This document shows positions 9,363 through 19,621 of a DNA stretch of 64,000 nucleotides, one piece after another. Below the pieces are notes generated by a model. That model was not told the origin of the DNA, searched no databases, and saw nothing but the letters and a program-made list of their open reading frames with translations. Origin of the DNA: an uncultured Collinsella sp. (GTDB lineage: Bacteria > Actinomycetota > Coriobacteriia > Coriobacteriales > Coriobacteriaceae); NCBI GenBank assembly GCA_937896835.1, contig CALBOJ010000075.1, positions 5,903 through 69,902 of the forward strand, written 5' to 3'. Positions within the stretch are counted from its first letter, which is position 1. Each line of letters opens with the position of its first letter. A program made the translations under genes and the position numbers.

Positions 9363-10487
9363 CTAGTTAGATCGCGGACTCAAACTATGCTGCGCTTCGA
9401 AGTCCTTCATGTACGAGGCCAGTGCCTGCACGTCTTCCATGGTTACGGCGTTGTAAACGCTGGCGCGCATGCCGCCCACCAAGCGATGGCCCTTGACGTT
9501 TTGAATCTGGTGCTCGGCCGCGCCTGCGACAAAGGCGGCGTTGAGGCCGGCATCGTCGGTGCGGAAGGTGACGTTGGCGATGGAGCGGCTGTCGGCCTGT
9601 GTGGTGCCATGGAACAGCACGCTGTGCTCGAGCAGGTTATAGAGCAGGTTGGCCTTGGCCCAGTTGCGCTCGGCCATGGCGGCAAGTCCGCCGGTCTGCT
9701 CAACCCAGCGGAATACCTTGCCGCACACGTAGATACCAAAGGTGTTGGGCGTGTTGAGCATGGAGCCCTTGGCGGCCTGGGTCTTAAGGTCCAGGTACTG
9801 CGGCGTCTGCGCAAAAGCGGGGCCATCTGCGATGAGGTCGTCGCGCACGATGACCACGGTCACGCCCGCGGCGCCGGCGTTTTTCTGCGCACCGGCGTAG
9901 ATGAGCCCGTAGCGCTCAACGTCGAGCGGCTGCGACAGAAAGCAGCTCGAGACATCGGCGACCAGCGGCACGTCGTCGCAAGCGGGCAGCTCGTGGTACA
10001 TGGTGCCAAAGATGGTGTTGTTCTGGCAGATGTAGACGTAGTCGAGCCCGCCGCCCGCGGCCTCGGCGGCAATGCGCGCGTTGATGTCGACTATGGTGGG
10101 TATGCGGTCGAAATTGGTGTCCTCGGAGCTCGCGAGCAGCACGGCCTCGCCGTACTTGGCGGCCTCCTTGTACGCCTTGTTGGCAAAGTTGCCGGTCACG
10201 ACGTAGCCGGCGCGGCCGCGGCGCATGAGGTTCATGGGGATGCCCGCAAACTGCAGCGTGGCGCCGCCCTGCAAAAACAGGACACGGTAGTTGTCAGGGA
10301 TGCTCAGCAGGCGGCGCAGGGTTGCCTCGGCGTCGTCGATGATCTGCTGGTACATGCTAGATCGATGGCTCATCTCGAGCACGGACATGCCGCAACCGCG
10401 GTAGTCCATCATCTCGTCGGCGATCTCGGCGAGCACGCTGGTGGGCAGCGCGGCCGGGCCAGCTGAGAAGTTGTGCACACGTGCCAT
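9363..10487 (-). CDS. serC: Phosphoserine aminotransferase
   Basis: The N-terminus NFSAGPAALP is the SerC hallmark. 374 aa. Confidence 0.9.
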   Translation of the reverse strand: MARVHNFSAGPAALPTSVLAEIADEMMDYRGCGMSVLEMSHRSSMYQQIIDDAEATLRRLLSIPDNYRVLFLQGGATLQFAGIPMNLMRRGRAGYVVTGNFANKAYKEAAKYGEAVLLASSEDTNFDRIPTIVDINARIAAEAAGGGLDYVYICQNNTIFGTMYHELPACDDVPLVADVSSCFLSQPLDVERYGLIYAGAQKNAGAAGVTVVIVRDDLIADGPAFAQTPQYLDLKTQAAKGSMLNTPNTFGIYVCGKVFRWVEQTGGLAAMAERNWAKANLLYNLLEHSVLFHGTTQADSRSIANVTFRTDDAGLNAAFVAGAAEHQIQNVKGHRLVGGMRASVYNAVTMEDVQALASYMKDFEAQHSLSPRSN

Positions 10488-10617
10488 CTTCTAGTCTCCC
10501 TCGTAGTCGTTTGAACGTTCGGGATACTTTAGCACAGTGGAGCGCCAGGCGCGACCGCATCACGGTAAAACTCGAGTGCGCCGCTATGATTTACAGGATG
10601 GTTACATGGGGGAGGGC

Positions 10618-10791
10618 TTATCTCGAGGCTCGCATCCGATCCGCCTCGGCCTTCGCTTGTTTCCAGGGACGCACACGACCGTTGGTGAGGTCGTCATAAC
10701 CATGAGCGATGGTACGTTGAATGTGATCTTCGCGTTCCTGAATGGTAGTTAGCGCGCGCGTCTGATCAGAAATAGGCTTCATGACAGGCAT
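10618..10791 (-). CDS. Small hypothetical protein (57 aa), possibly antitoxin-like
   Basis: The ATG at 10791 has GGAG upstream. The C-terminal ...GYDDLTNGRVRPW... loosely resembles ParD/RelB-type antitoxin tails. No toxin partner is present. Confidence 0.35.
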   Translation of the reverse strand: MPVMKPISDQTRALTTIQEREDHIQRTIAHGYDDLTNGRVRPWKQAKAEADRMRASR

Positions 10792-11123
10792 ATGAAGCTC
10801 CTTACATAGAAGCATATGTATAACTCTATGTTGAATATAGCGGAGGATGGCGTTGGGCGTGTGCGTGCCTGCATTCGTAAGTGCGGTTGTCTGGCAAGTG
10901 TGATTTGGGGCGACCTCGTCAAAGCTTCTGAGCTGCGAAAATGACCGTTAACCGGATTTAATTTTGTTGCTCAACATTTGACACTCTGGGCGTGGTAACT
11001 TTTTTACCAACAGGTATGATTATTGTCATGTGCGCCGCACCTGCCTGCCGGGTTGCGGCGCACTTGTGACAGCCTTTGACACCCTTGGAGCGTGTACTGT
11101 GGATATAACCACAAAAAGCGTTC

Positions 11124-11133
11124 GGGGGGGGGG
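11124..11133 (+). repeat. G10 homopolymer at the brxA translation start
   Basis: ttc GGGGGGGGGG tgctc. The last G is the first base of the annotated GTG start. Confidence 0.95.
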
Positions 11134-11783
11134 TGCTCACCCGCGAGCAATTCCTCCCGCATGAGATGCGCATCGTCGCTGCCCTGCGTATACAGGGCGC
11201 AAGCGACGAGCAGGTCATTGTATGCGTAAAGAGCGAGAACCTCTTTCAATATCCCACGGAGCGCATGGTCGCCAACCGCGCAACCGTGTGCCTTCGCCGC
11301 CTCGACGCCATGGTGCCCACGGACGCCGCATGCGCCGCGCGCGGCATCGACCCCAATACCGCCGTCGAGGCCGCGTCATCCCTAACCAGCCTTATGGCAT
11401 CTGGCACTCCCACGCAGGCGGACCAGGCCATCTTCTACAGCATGATCTGCCGCTACGACATCGTGCGCGAGCTCGTGCTCGTCGAGGTAGGGGAGCGCCT
11501 GCAAAACTTTGATTATGCCTTTACGGCGGTTGACCTCAACGCCTTTATGACGCGCTTTACCACGGAGTATCCGGACGCCGCCCGCTGGACCGAGTCCACG
11601 GTCACGCGCATCAAAGGCTCGCTGCGCCAGACGCTCCGCCATGCCGGTCTTATCGGCGAGGGTCAGGGCCCGGAGTCCGAGCGCCTGTCACCACTCTTCC
11701 TCGATTCCGATGTCGAGCGAGCCTTGATTCAGCTGGGTGAGCAGTCGCTTATCGCGGCCCTTACCGGCAGGGCGGTGATGTAG
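11133..11783 (+). CDS. brxA: BREX protein BrxA (DUF1819-like)
   Basis: About 216 aa and first gene of the canonical six-gene order. Size and position fit BrxA. The start is uncertain (see the poly-G finding). Confidence 0.75.
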   Translation: MLTREQFLPHEMRIVAALRIQGASDEQVIVCVKSENLFQYPTERMVANRATVCLRRLDAMVPTDAACAARGIDPNTAVEAASSLTSLMASGTPTQADQAIFYSMICRYDIVRELVLVEVGERLQNFDYAFTAVDLNAFMTRFTTEYPDAARWTESTVTRIKGSLRQTLRHAGLIGEGQGPESERLSPLFLDSDVERALIQLGEQSLIAALTGRAVM

Positions 11784-11784
11784 C

Positions 11785-12477
11785 GTGGCTCCCGTCAACA
11801 GCGCCATCGACCCTGCTATCACCCCGGCGACGGACATCACCACCAATATCGGCATCCATTCCCGCCAGAGCGTCGTGGCGGCGCATGCCCGCTCCGAGCG
11901 CGCCCGCCAAGAATTTGAGCGCCGCGCGCAGCTCCTGCGTGAGTGCCTGTGCAGCGAGGACTTTTTGGCCAACAAGGGCATAGGTAACGAGATCGGCTTC
12001 CATACCTTCTGCTACGACCCTGCGCTGGAGTTTGAGGCGCGCGCGTTGTTTGACACCCTTTCACGCGATGCCGAGGCCGGCAAGCTCCCGTGCACGCTCA
12101 AGGTCGTAAACCTCTACGACGCCGTGCTGGCGATCCTCGAAAAGCGCCGTGTCCTCAAGGCCATTCCGCGCCAAGAGGAGCGCCGCGGCACCCAGCGTGT
12201 GCTTGAGGACGTGGCCAAGTTTTGTTCGCCCGAGAAGATCGCCGCGTTCATCCTCGAGCAAACCGAACCTCATGCACCTGGCGACGTCATTCTTCTGACC
12301 GGTGCCGGCGAGGTCTATCCCTTTTTTCGTATTCACACCCTTCTCGACTGCATGCAAGTCGATTTTTCCGACCTGCCGGTGATCGCCGCCTATCCAGGCA
12401 GCTTCAACGGCTCTTCTTTCCAGCTCTTTAACCGTCTGCCGGCCGATAACTACTACCGCGCCATCGATATCTCGTAA
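11785..12477 (+). CDS. brxB: BREX protein BrxB (DUF1788-like)
   Basis: The GTG start lies 1 nt after the brxA stop. The region IGNEIGFHTFCYDP ... GAGEVYPFFRIHTLL is typical of DUF1788. An alternative GTG start is at 11875. Confidence 0.8.
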   Translation: MAPVNSAIDPAITPATDITTNIGIHSRQSVVAAHARSERARQEFERRAQLLRECLCSEDFLANKGIGNEIGFHTFCYDPALEFEARALFDTLSRDAEAGKLPCTLKVVNLYDAVLAILEKRRVLKAIPRQEERRGTQRVLEDVAKFCSPEKIAAFILEQTEPHAPGDVILLTGAGEVYPFFRIHTLLDCMQVDFSDLPVIAAYPGSFNGSSFQLFNRLPADNYYRAIDIS

Positions 12478-12555
12478 GCACGGCTCCCCGCAGGCAAGTC
12501 CCTGTCGCCGGTAACAACCCTTTGCCATAACGTTCCCAAACCCAAAGGAGCACCC

Positions 12556-15500
12556 ATGGACAACACGATCATTCGCGACCTCTTTGCAAAAGACATCAAC
12601 CGCTCCATCAACGGCGTGGTCAAGGTCCAGGATTCAAAAGATGGGTCCATCCGCCAGGAGCTTGACGAGTACGTGGTGACGCGCGAGTTGCAGAGGCACT
12701 TTGCCACGTTCTTCAAGGCCTACGGCGATGCCATCGATGCACGCACCGACAAGATCGGCGTGTGGATCAGTGGTTTCTTCGGTTCCGGTAAATCGCACTT
12801 CCTCAAGATGCTGAGCTACCTGCTCGAGAATCGCCAGATCGGCGGCAAGAGCGCCATCCGCTACTTTGACGGCAAAATCGTCGACCCCATGGTCGCGGCT
12901 GCCATGGAGCGCGCCTGCTCGGTGCCCACGCAGGCCATCCTCTTTAACATCGATAGCAAGGCGGGCCAGTGGAAGCAGGGCGATACGGCTCCCACGGCGC
13001 TGCTTCGCGGCTTTGAGCGCATGTTCTACGAGGCGCGCAGCTTCTACGGCGAGGACCTCAAGCTTGCAAAGCTCGAGGACTACATCGATTCCCTGGGCAA
13101 GACCCAGGAGTTCCGCGAGGCCTTTGAGCGCGTCAACGGCGAGTCCTGGCTCCAGGCCCGCGACACCTACAGCTACTTTGAGGACGACGTCGTCGAGGTG
13201 CTGCAGAGCGTGCTCGGCATGAGCGAAAAGGCCGCATGGAACTGGCTCGAGGGTTCTGAGGACGAGGTTTTGGCCCCCGATGTCTTTGCCAAAAAGGTCA
13301 AGGATTACGTGGACGCTCAGGCAGCGGCCCACGGTGGCAACTTCCGTTTGCTCTTTATGGTCGATGAGGTGGGTCAGTTTATTACAAACGACCAGGACCC
13401 AAGCCTTATGCTGAGCCTTCAGACCATCGTCGAGGAGCTGGGTGCCGCCTGCGGTGGCCGCGTGTGGGTGATGGTCACGAGCCAGGAGGCCATCGACAAC
13501 CTGAGCCTGCCCGTGGGCAACGACTTTTCAAAGATCCAAGGCCGCTTCAATACCCGCCTTTCGCTCTCCAGCTCCAGCGTGGACGAGGTCATCCAACGCC
13601 GTGTGCTCGAGAAGACCGCGCCGGCGGCCGATATGCTTGCACAGGTCTACGAGCAAGACGCCGCCGTTCTCAAAAACAACTTTACCTTTGAGGGGGGCTC
13701 GCGCTCCGACCTTGCCGGCTTCGCCAACTCCAAGGATTTTGTGGCCAGCTACCCGTTTGTGGGCTACCAGTTTAAGCTTCTGCCCGACGTGATGACCGAG
13801 GTACGCAAGCATGGTGTTAAGGCCAAGCATATGTCCACGGGCGAGCGCTCCATGCTGAGCGCGTTTCAGGAGAGCGCTCAGGCCATCCAGCATGACCAGA
13901 CCGGTGCGCTCGTGCCGTTCTGGCGCTTCTTCGACACTATCTCCAAAGATCTTGAGCACGGCATCAGCCAGGTGGTTGACCGCGCGGTCCGTGCGGCCGA
14001 GAACGCGGAGGGCCTTGAACCCTACGACGTCCAGGTGCTCAAGCTCCTGTACTCGATCCGCTACATCGGCTACGTCAAGGCCACGGTCGAGAACATCTCC
14101 ATCCTTATGATCGATAGCCTGGACGTGGACAAGCGCGCCCTTAAGGACCGCGTCAAGGAATCTCTCGCCCGCTTGGAGCGCGAGAGCTACGTGGCACGCC
14201 AGGGCGATACCTATAGCTTCCTCACCGACAAGGAGCAGGAGATAGCGCAGGAGATCGCACGCACCCCGATCGATAACGCGAAGGTGATTGAGTACATCAA
14301 GAAGCGCCTGTTCGAAAGCATCTACACTGCGCGCAAACTCAACCGCGGGACCAACGACTTCCCCTTTGACCGCTACGTGGATGGCTCGATTCATGGATCC
14401 AACATGGGCGGCATGGAACTATCCGTGGTGACCATGGCCAGCAATCTGGGCCGTGCGGACGATGCCGAGCTGGCATTGAAATCCGTGGATAAGGCCATCG
14501 TGGCCTTGAGCGACGAGGTGGATTATTGGGCCCCACTCGTCAACGCCGCTAAGATTCGCATGTACGCCCAGACGCGCAACCTGCAGGAGCTACCGCCGAG
14601 TACCCGCCAGATCGTCGAGGCCAAAATGCGCGAGAAGGACTTTAACGAGAAAGAGGCTGACGCCCTTTTGGCTGAGGCGGTGCTCCATGCACGATGCGCC
14701 GTCAACGGGCGCATGATTGAGATCCGTGCTGCCAAACCCGCCCAGGTCTTTGAGCAGGTGCTGGCGCAGCTGTGCGATGTGGTCTTTGAAAAGGCCGGCT
14801 ATATCGGCGCGCCGGTCACGAGCGATTCCGATATCCGCTCCACTCTGGCGGGCAACGTTCAAGCGGGGCTCGCTGGCATGAACGCGGGTAACACGCGTGC
14901 GCTCAAGGAGGTTGAGGACTACCTCAAAGTGCAGCACCAGCGCCATCTGGATACCGCTATGGGCGATATCCAGCGCCAGTACCAGCAAAGGCCCTTTGGC
15001 TGGCGCGAGGTCGACATCGCAAATGTGGTGGCGCAGCTTGTGGTGGAGCAGCGCGCGCAGGTGCTGTTTGGCGGCCAGACGGTTCAAGCTAACGATAGCC
15101 GCATGGTGGCGCTCCTGCGCAAGGATGCCGATAAGGCCCAGGTGCGCTTGCGCGTGCGCATGAGCGACCGGTTGCTGCGCGCCACGGGCGAGCTCATGCG
15201 TGATCTGTTTGATCTCAAGACCGTGCCCTCCAACGAGGATAAGCTCGTGGCCGAGCTCAAAGAGCGCCTTGAGGGCTTGCGCGAGGCGTGCCTCGCCATG
15301 GCACGCGACTACTACACGGGCATCAAGCCGGCCTACCCGTATCCCGGTGAGGACGAGTGCGAGAAGATGCGCTCGGAGGTGGCCGACGTCCTTAAGGACC
15401 AGAACGAGGCCGAGGCGTTCTTGACCACGTTCACCAAGCATGAGGAGCGTTTGCTCGATGCCAAGGAAGACTTTGATAAGGTGGTTGAGTTCTTCGAGTC

Positions 15501-16218
15501 CAACCAGCGAACAGCGTTTGACCACGCCAAGGATTTCTTGAGCCGCACCGAGGGTATCGAGTATGCCTCCGATGACATTCCCAGCGCGGTTGAGAATGTG
15601 GCAAAGGTGCGTGAGGTTCTCAAAGATCCCAAGCCCTACGGCCGCATTAAAGACCTGCAGCCGCTTATGGATCCCGTCGAGGACGACATGAAAAAGCTGC
15701 TGGGCATCCGCCGCAATGAGTTTTTGTGCCGAATCGAGAGCGATCTGCAAGACCTGCAGGCACAGGCTGAGAGTCAAAAGGGCTTTGTCAATCAAGCCAA
15801 GGATGCCATAGCAGACGCCGGCGCCAAATACGAGTCGTTCAAAAACCGTGCCCACAGTGCTCAAAGCCTCAACGAGCTGAGTGTTGCCGCGACTAACTGG
15901 GCCAACTGGCTCAGCGCAGCAACCAACGGGATGTACGACGTTGTGGATGCGGCCCGCATGCGTATGGACAACGAGCGCCGCACCACCGAGGTCACGAGTA
16001 CGGGTGAGGTGGTCAAGAAGATCTCCAACAAGGCCGTTGCGTCGTCAGCGCCCACGCCTGCACCCGTGCCCCAGCGCAAGATCAAGACTGTGCGCCGCGC
16101 CGATCTGGCCAAGCCGAGTCGTCTCTTGTCCGCAGGGGACGTGGAGCGCTACGTGGACGACCTGCGCTCCCGCCTTATGCAGGCGCTCGCTGCAAACGAC
16201 GAGATCCGTATCAACTAA
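12556..16218 (+). CDS. brxC: BREX ATPase BrxC (P-loop, about 1220 aa)
   Basis: Walker A GFFGSGKSHFLK near residue 75. Size and position match BrxC/PglY-type ATPases. Confidence 0.9.
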   Translation: MDNTIIRDLFAKDINRSINGVVKVQDSKDGSIRQELDEYVVTRELQRHFATFFKAYGDAIDARTDKIGVWISGFFGSGKSHFLKMLSYLLENRQIGGKSAIRYFDGKIVDPMVAAAMERACSVPTQAILFNIDSKAGQWKQGDTAPTALLRGFERMFYEARSFYGEDLKLAKLEDYIDSLGKTQEFREAFERVNGESWLQARDTYSYFEDDVVEVLQSVLGMSEKAAWNWLEGSEDEVLAPDVFAKKVKDYVDAQAAAHGGNFRLLFMVDEVGQFITNDQDPSLMLSLQTIVEELGAACGGRVWVMVTSQEAIDNLSLPVGNDFSKIQGRFNTRLSLSSSSVDEVIQRRVLEKTAPAADMLAQVYEQDAAVLKNNFTFEGGSRSDLAGFANSKDFVASYPFVGYQFKLLPDVMTEVRKHGVKAKHMSTGERSMLSAFQESAQAIQHDQTGALVPFWRFFDTISKDLEHGISQVVDRAVRAAENAEGLEPYDVQVLKLLYSIRYIGYVKATVENISILMIDSLDVDKRALKDRVKESLARLERESYVARQGDTYSFLTDKEQEIAQEIARTPIDNAKVIEYIKKRLFESIYTARKLNRGTNDFPFDRYVDGSIHGSNMGGMELSVVTMASNLGRADDAELALKSVDKAIVALSDEVDYWAPLVNAAKIRMYAQTRNLQELPPSTRQIVEAKMREKDFNEKEADALLAEAVLHARCAVNGRMIEIRAAKPAQVFEQVLAQLCDVVFEKAGYIGAPVTSDSDIRSTLAGNVQAGLAGMNAGNTRALKEVEDYLKVQHQRHLDTAMGDIQRQYQQRPFGWREVDIANVVAQLVVEQRAQVLFGGQTVQANDSRMVALLRKDADKAQVRLRVRMSDRLLRATGELMRDLFDLKTVPSNEDKLVAELKERLEGLREACLAMARDYYTGIKPAYPYPGEDECEKMRSEVADVLKDQNEAEAFLTTFTKHEERLLDAKEDFDKVVEFFESNQRTAFDHAKDFLSRTEGIEYASDDIPSAVENVAKVREVLKDPKPYGRIKDLQPLMDPVEDDMKKLLGIRRNEFLCRIESDLQDLQAQAESQKGFVNQAKDAIADAGAKYESFKNRAHSAQSLNELSVAATNWANWLSAATNGMYDVVDAARMRMDNERRTTEVTSTGEVVKKISNKAVASSAPTPAPVPQRKIKTVRRADLAKPSRLLSAGDVERYVDDLRSRLMQALAANDEIRIN

Positions 16219-16284
16219 CCCGCGGAGCCACCGGTGCCAAAGCGCGCACCGGTGGCTTATGGCGTTTAGAAAGGCTCATCAACC

Positions 16285-18801
16285 ATGAACGATTCTGCTC
16301 TTAAGAGCTTCTGCACCTGGGCCCGTACGGAGCTCATCAAAGGCGTGGAGGCGCAGATGGTGCGCTACGGCATCACCGAACCTGCACCCGCGCCCGTTGG
16401 GTCCGAGACCGTTAGCGGCCTGCCCCTAAGTCCGGCTGAGATTGAGCAACGCGACGAACTGCTGCGCATGCAGGCAGAGGTGGGTCACGAGGTGCTGCGC
16501 GACCGTGCGGCCTACACCTGGTTCAACCGCATCGTGGCCATTCGCTTTATGGATGCACGCGGATGGCTTCCCAGCCGCATGCGCATACTAAGTCGTGCGG
16601 ACGGCAGCCATGGTAGCGAGGCCGTGGAGAACGCACTGGACGTGGAGATAGCGACGGCCGATGCCGATCGCATAGCCGAGCTCAAGATGGCGGGCTTGGA
16701 TGAACCGCTGTGGCGCTACCTGTTTGTTGCTCAGTGCGAGGAGCTTGCCGATTGCCTACCGGGCGTCTTTGAACGCGTGGGCGGAGCCATGGAGCTGCTG
16801 TTGCCCCAGGGCCTCATGATGTCCGACGGCGTGGTGGGCAAGCTCAATGCCGTCCTCACTGACGAGGACTGGCGCAAGGGCGTGACCGTTCTGGGCTGGA
16901 TGTATCAGTACTACAACGCTGACGTTAAAGACGAGTTCTTCAAGTCCAAGCGCAAGGCAGCGGCGGCGGACATCGCGCCCGCCACGCAGCTCTTCACCCC
17001 CGAGTGGATCGTGCGTTACATGGTCGAGAACTCGCTCGGCCGTCTGTGGATGCTCAATAACCCGGGGAGTTCGCTGCGCGAGCGCATGGAATATTACATC
17101 GAGCCCGATGCTGAGCACGAGGACTTCATACGCATCTCGAGCCCCGAGGAGATAACCCTCTGTGACCCCGCATGCGGCTCGGGCCATATCCTGGTCTATG
17201 CGTTCGAATTGCTCTTCCATATGTACGAGGAGCGCGGCTATCGTGAGCGCGAAATTCCCGAGCTCATTCTTACTAAAAACCTCGCTGGCATGGAGATCGA
17301 TCCCCGTGCAGCGCAGATCGCGGAACTGGCGCTTGCCATGTGCGCCCGCGAGCACGATCGTCGCTTTTTCAAGCGCGCCGTGCGCGCCGACGTTACCGCG
17401 CTCTCGAGCATCCCGCTGGGAGAGGACGAGCTCCCGGGCAACAAGAAGCTCGCCGAGGAGCTGAGCCATTTGGGCGAGATCGGTTCGCTGCTCAATCCTT
17501 CAGAGGACGAGATCGACGAGCTCAAGGCTGCCGTCGCGAGTTGTTCCGATGACCTTTTTGCCGCTACGGCCAAAACTAAGCTCGAAAGCGCTGCCGCCAT
17601 CTGCGAGAAGCTGTCCCGTCGTTTTACCTGCACCGTTGCGAATCCTCCGTATATGGGCAGCAGCAGCTTTAATCCATTCATGAGCAAGTGGGTCAAGAGA
17701 AATTATCCCGACGTGAAGAGTGACCTGTTCTCTTCGTTCATCGTGCGCATTATGGACTTTGCTGGCGAGCACGGCGAAGTCGGAATGATGACTCCATTTG
17801 TTTGGATGTTTATCGGTAGCTACGAGAAGCTTCGAAATAGGCTTATCGATGACAAGACCCTAACCACGCTCATTCAGCTCGAGTATTCTGGCTTTGCAGG
17901 GGCAACCGTGCCCATCTGCACGTTTACCTATCACAATTCGCATATCGATGGTTATAAAGGCGGATACGTTCGTCTTGCCGATTTTACTGGCCCCGCGGTT
18001 CAGGCTCCCAAGGCGCTGGAGGCCATCCAAAACCCCGACTGTGGCTGGTTCTACCGCCGCAACGCCGACACCTTCAAACAAATCCCCGGCACCCCCATAG
18101 CCTACTGGGCCAGCGATGCTCTTGTTGAATCGTTCACAAAAGGAAAGAGGCTCGATGCCATTGCTACTCCGCGACAGGGCTTGGCAACGAGCGATAATGG
18201 CCGCTTTTTGAGGAAATGGTGGGAAGTGGTGCCTTCCAACACATCGCGAGATTGCAGTGGCAGGCCCGAGGCAAAGCAAAGTGGTTCCCGTTGGTTTCCG
18301 ATTATTCGGGGCGGCTCCTATCGAAAGTGGTGGGGTGACTACGATGAGGTGGTTAATTGGTTTGATGACGGTCGGGAGATGAAGGAAGCAATTCTGTCCA
18401 AGTATACCTATCTCTCTACACCTGATTTTGTGATCAAGAACCAGAACGACTATTTCAAGCCCGCAGTTTCCTGGTCTAAAATTTCTTCCAGCCTCGCCTC
18501 CTTTAGGTTTGCACCTCGAGGGATGCTTTTTGAGGTAGCTGGAGCATGTCTTTTTGCGGAGCCGAATGAGCTTCGATACATCCAGGCTTTCTGCAACTGT
18601 TCCATTGCCGAAATTGATTTGGCGTTTATGTCGCCGACTCTAAACTTTGAGGTAGGCCAAATCGGTCAGTTACCGATCATCCAAGATAAGGCCGCCGAAC
18701 CGACTGTTTGTTCACTCGTTGAAGACTCTCGCTCAATTTCAAAGGCTGACTATGACTCGTTTGAAACTTCTTGGGATTTCAAGCGTCATCCTTTAATTTA
18801 G
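16285..18801 (+). CDS. pglX: BREX adenine methyltransferase PglX, N-terminal fragment (N-domain, MTase and TRD; 838 aa)
   Basis: SAM motif I CDPACGSGHIL and catalytic motif IV NPPYMG. Ends ...SWDFKRHPLI followed by TAG. Confidence 0.9.
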   Translation: MNDSALKSFCTWARTELIKGVEAQMVRYGITEPAPAPVGSETVSGLPLSPAEIEQRDELLRMQAEVGHEVLRDRAAYTWFNRIVAIRFMDARGWLPSRMRILSRADGSHGSEAVENALDVEIATADADRIAELKMAGLDEPLWRYLFVAQCEELADCLPGVFERVGGAMELLLPQGLMMSDGVVGKLNAVLTDEDWRKGVTVLGWMYQYYNADVKDEFFKSKRKAAAADIAPATQLFTPEWIVRYMVENSLGRLWMLNNPGSSLRERMEYYIEPDAEHEDFIRISSPEEITLCDPACGSGHILVYAFELLFHMYEERGYREREIPELILTKNLAGMEIDPRAAQIAELALAMCAREHDRRFFKRAVRADVTALSSIPLGEDELPGNKKLAEELSHLGEIGSLLNPSEDEIDELKAAVASCSDDLFAATAKTKLESAAAICEKLSRRFTCTVANPPYMGSSSFNPFMSKWVKRNYPDVKSDLFSSFIVRIMDFAGEHGEVGMMTPFVWMFIGSYEKLRNRLIDDKTLTTLIQLEYSGFAGATVPICTFTYHNSHIDGYKGGYVRLADFTGPAVQAPKALEAIQNPDCGWFYRRNADTFKQIPGTPIAYWASDALVESFTKGKRLDAIATPRQGLATSDNGRFLRKWWEVVPSNTSRDCSGRPEAKQSGSRWFPIIRGGSYRKWWGDYDEVVNWFDDGREMKEAILSKYTYLSTPDFVIKNQNDYFKPAVSWSKISSSLASFRFAPRGMLFEVAGACLFAEPNELRYIQAFCNCSIAEIDLAFMSPTLNFEVGQIGQLPIIQDKAAEPTVCSLVEDSRSISKADYDSFETSWDFKRHPLI

Positions 18802-18869
18802 CTGTCTTGTTAGGACTCACCTATCTTTAACAAAAGAACGTCATTGGATAGATTGGATTGAAATTAAAT

Positions 18870-19016
18870 ATGTCTGAAAAAAAGAAAGATGACAAGAAAA
18901 GAAAAGATGAAGGGGCGGGAGCAAAGAAGCCGGTCACGATTCCTGGACCCATAACAAGGTTAACGCAATTTACTTATGAAAAACCGGCGGGTTTACCTGA
19001 TCGAAAAACCAAGTAG
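18870..19016 (+). CDS. Small Lys-rich ORF (48 aa) inside the pglX insertion
   Basis: Hand translation gives MSEKKKDDKKRKDEGAGAKKPVTIPGPITRLTQFTYEKPAGLPDRKTK. The SD is weak. The stop lies 15 nt before the next ATG. Confidence 0.35.
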   Translation: MSEKKKDDKKRKDEGAGAKKPVTIPGPITRLTQFTYEKPAGLPDRKTK

Positions 19017-19030
19017 TAAAGGTGACTTTC

Positions 19031-19621
19031 ATGGGCAAAAAGAACAAGCGACATGACGTCGATAAAAGCGCTCTCTCCAAGGAGGGGCAGATTAGCGATT
19101 ACTTGAGAGACATTATTCTTTCCTCACTTGAATTTGAAAAAGAGAGGGGGGATAGCTTAAATCGCTACGTTGATAACCTCATGGTTACCATCACGATTCT
19201 GTCCGTTGCGTACCTGGCACCTCTCGACTATATTTCAAATATTCAAGGTCTTGAGGAAGTTTATGGGATTTCAACGAGGCAAATACTGTTTGTCTATTTG
19301 ATTCTTCTTGGTCTTCTTGGCTGTGCTCTTGTTATAGCTGTCAGTGCAATATTTTTAAGGAGCAATATTGCACTCGCATCTCCTTCTGAACAATTTGATA
19401 GGTATTCGACTACTTACAAAGAGGCTTGCGACGAGGGCGGGCAAATTAGGGAACGGGACTTGCTTAAGTCCTACTGCTCTTCCCTAAACATTACCTATCG
19501 GGCTTACCTTTTGAAACATAACAACATGTGGAAGCGATTGAAAATATCAACTGGCCTGACTGTCCTGTCATTAATCATGGCATTCGTTTTTCTGTCCCAT
19601 CTTTTATTGACTTTATTGTAG
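19031..19621 (+). CDS. Three-TM membrane protein (196 aa) inside the pglX insertion, family unknown
   Basis: ATG at 19031 with AAGG 8 nt upstream. Hydrophobic segments are NLMVTITILSVAYLAPL, ILFVYLILLGLLGCALVIAVSAIFL and GLTVLSLIMAFVFLSHLLLTLL. Codon usage is very AT-rich. Confidence 0.6.
   Translation: MGKKNKRHDVDKSALSKEGQISDYLRDIILSSLEFEKERGDSLNRYVDNLMVTITILSVAYLAPLDYISNIQGLEEVYGISTRQILFVYLILLGLLGCALVIAVSAIFLRSNIALASPSEQFDRYSTTYKEACDEGGQIRERDLLKSYCSSLNITYRAYLLKHNNMWKRLKISTGLTVLSLIMAFVFLSHLLLTLL

Noticed and set aside
8089-10466. Long plus-strand ORFs (408 aa and 384 aa) antisense to serA and serC
   Set aside because: These are typical high-GC shadow ORFs. Their translations are Gly/Ala/Val/His/Asp-rich with no motifs, whereas the opposite strand carries clear SerA and SerC signatures.
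11124-11133. The poly-G tract as a mere sequencing or assembly artefact
   Set aside because: This cannot be excluded from the sequence alone. The tract is retained as a finding because its position at the first BREX start codon, and the in-frame upstream GTG that appears at G11 or G8, are specific and testable.
14590-15864. 424-aa minus-strand ORF inside brxC, along with similar ORFs at 12634-13332 and 13528-14394
   Set aside because: They are antisense to a well-supported BrxC reading frame. They have no RBS or family resemblance and show a shadow-ORF composition.
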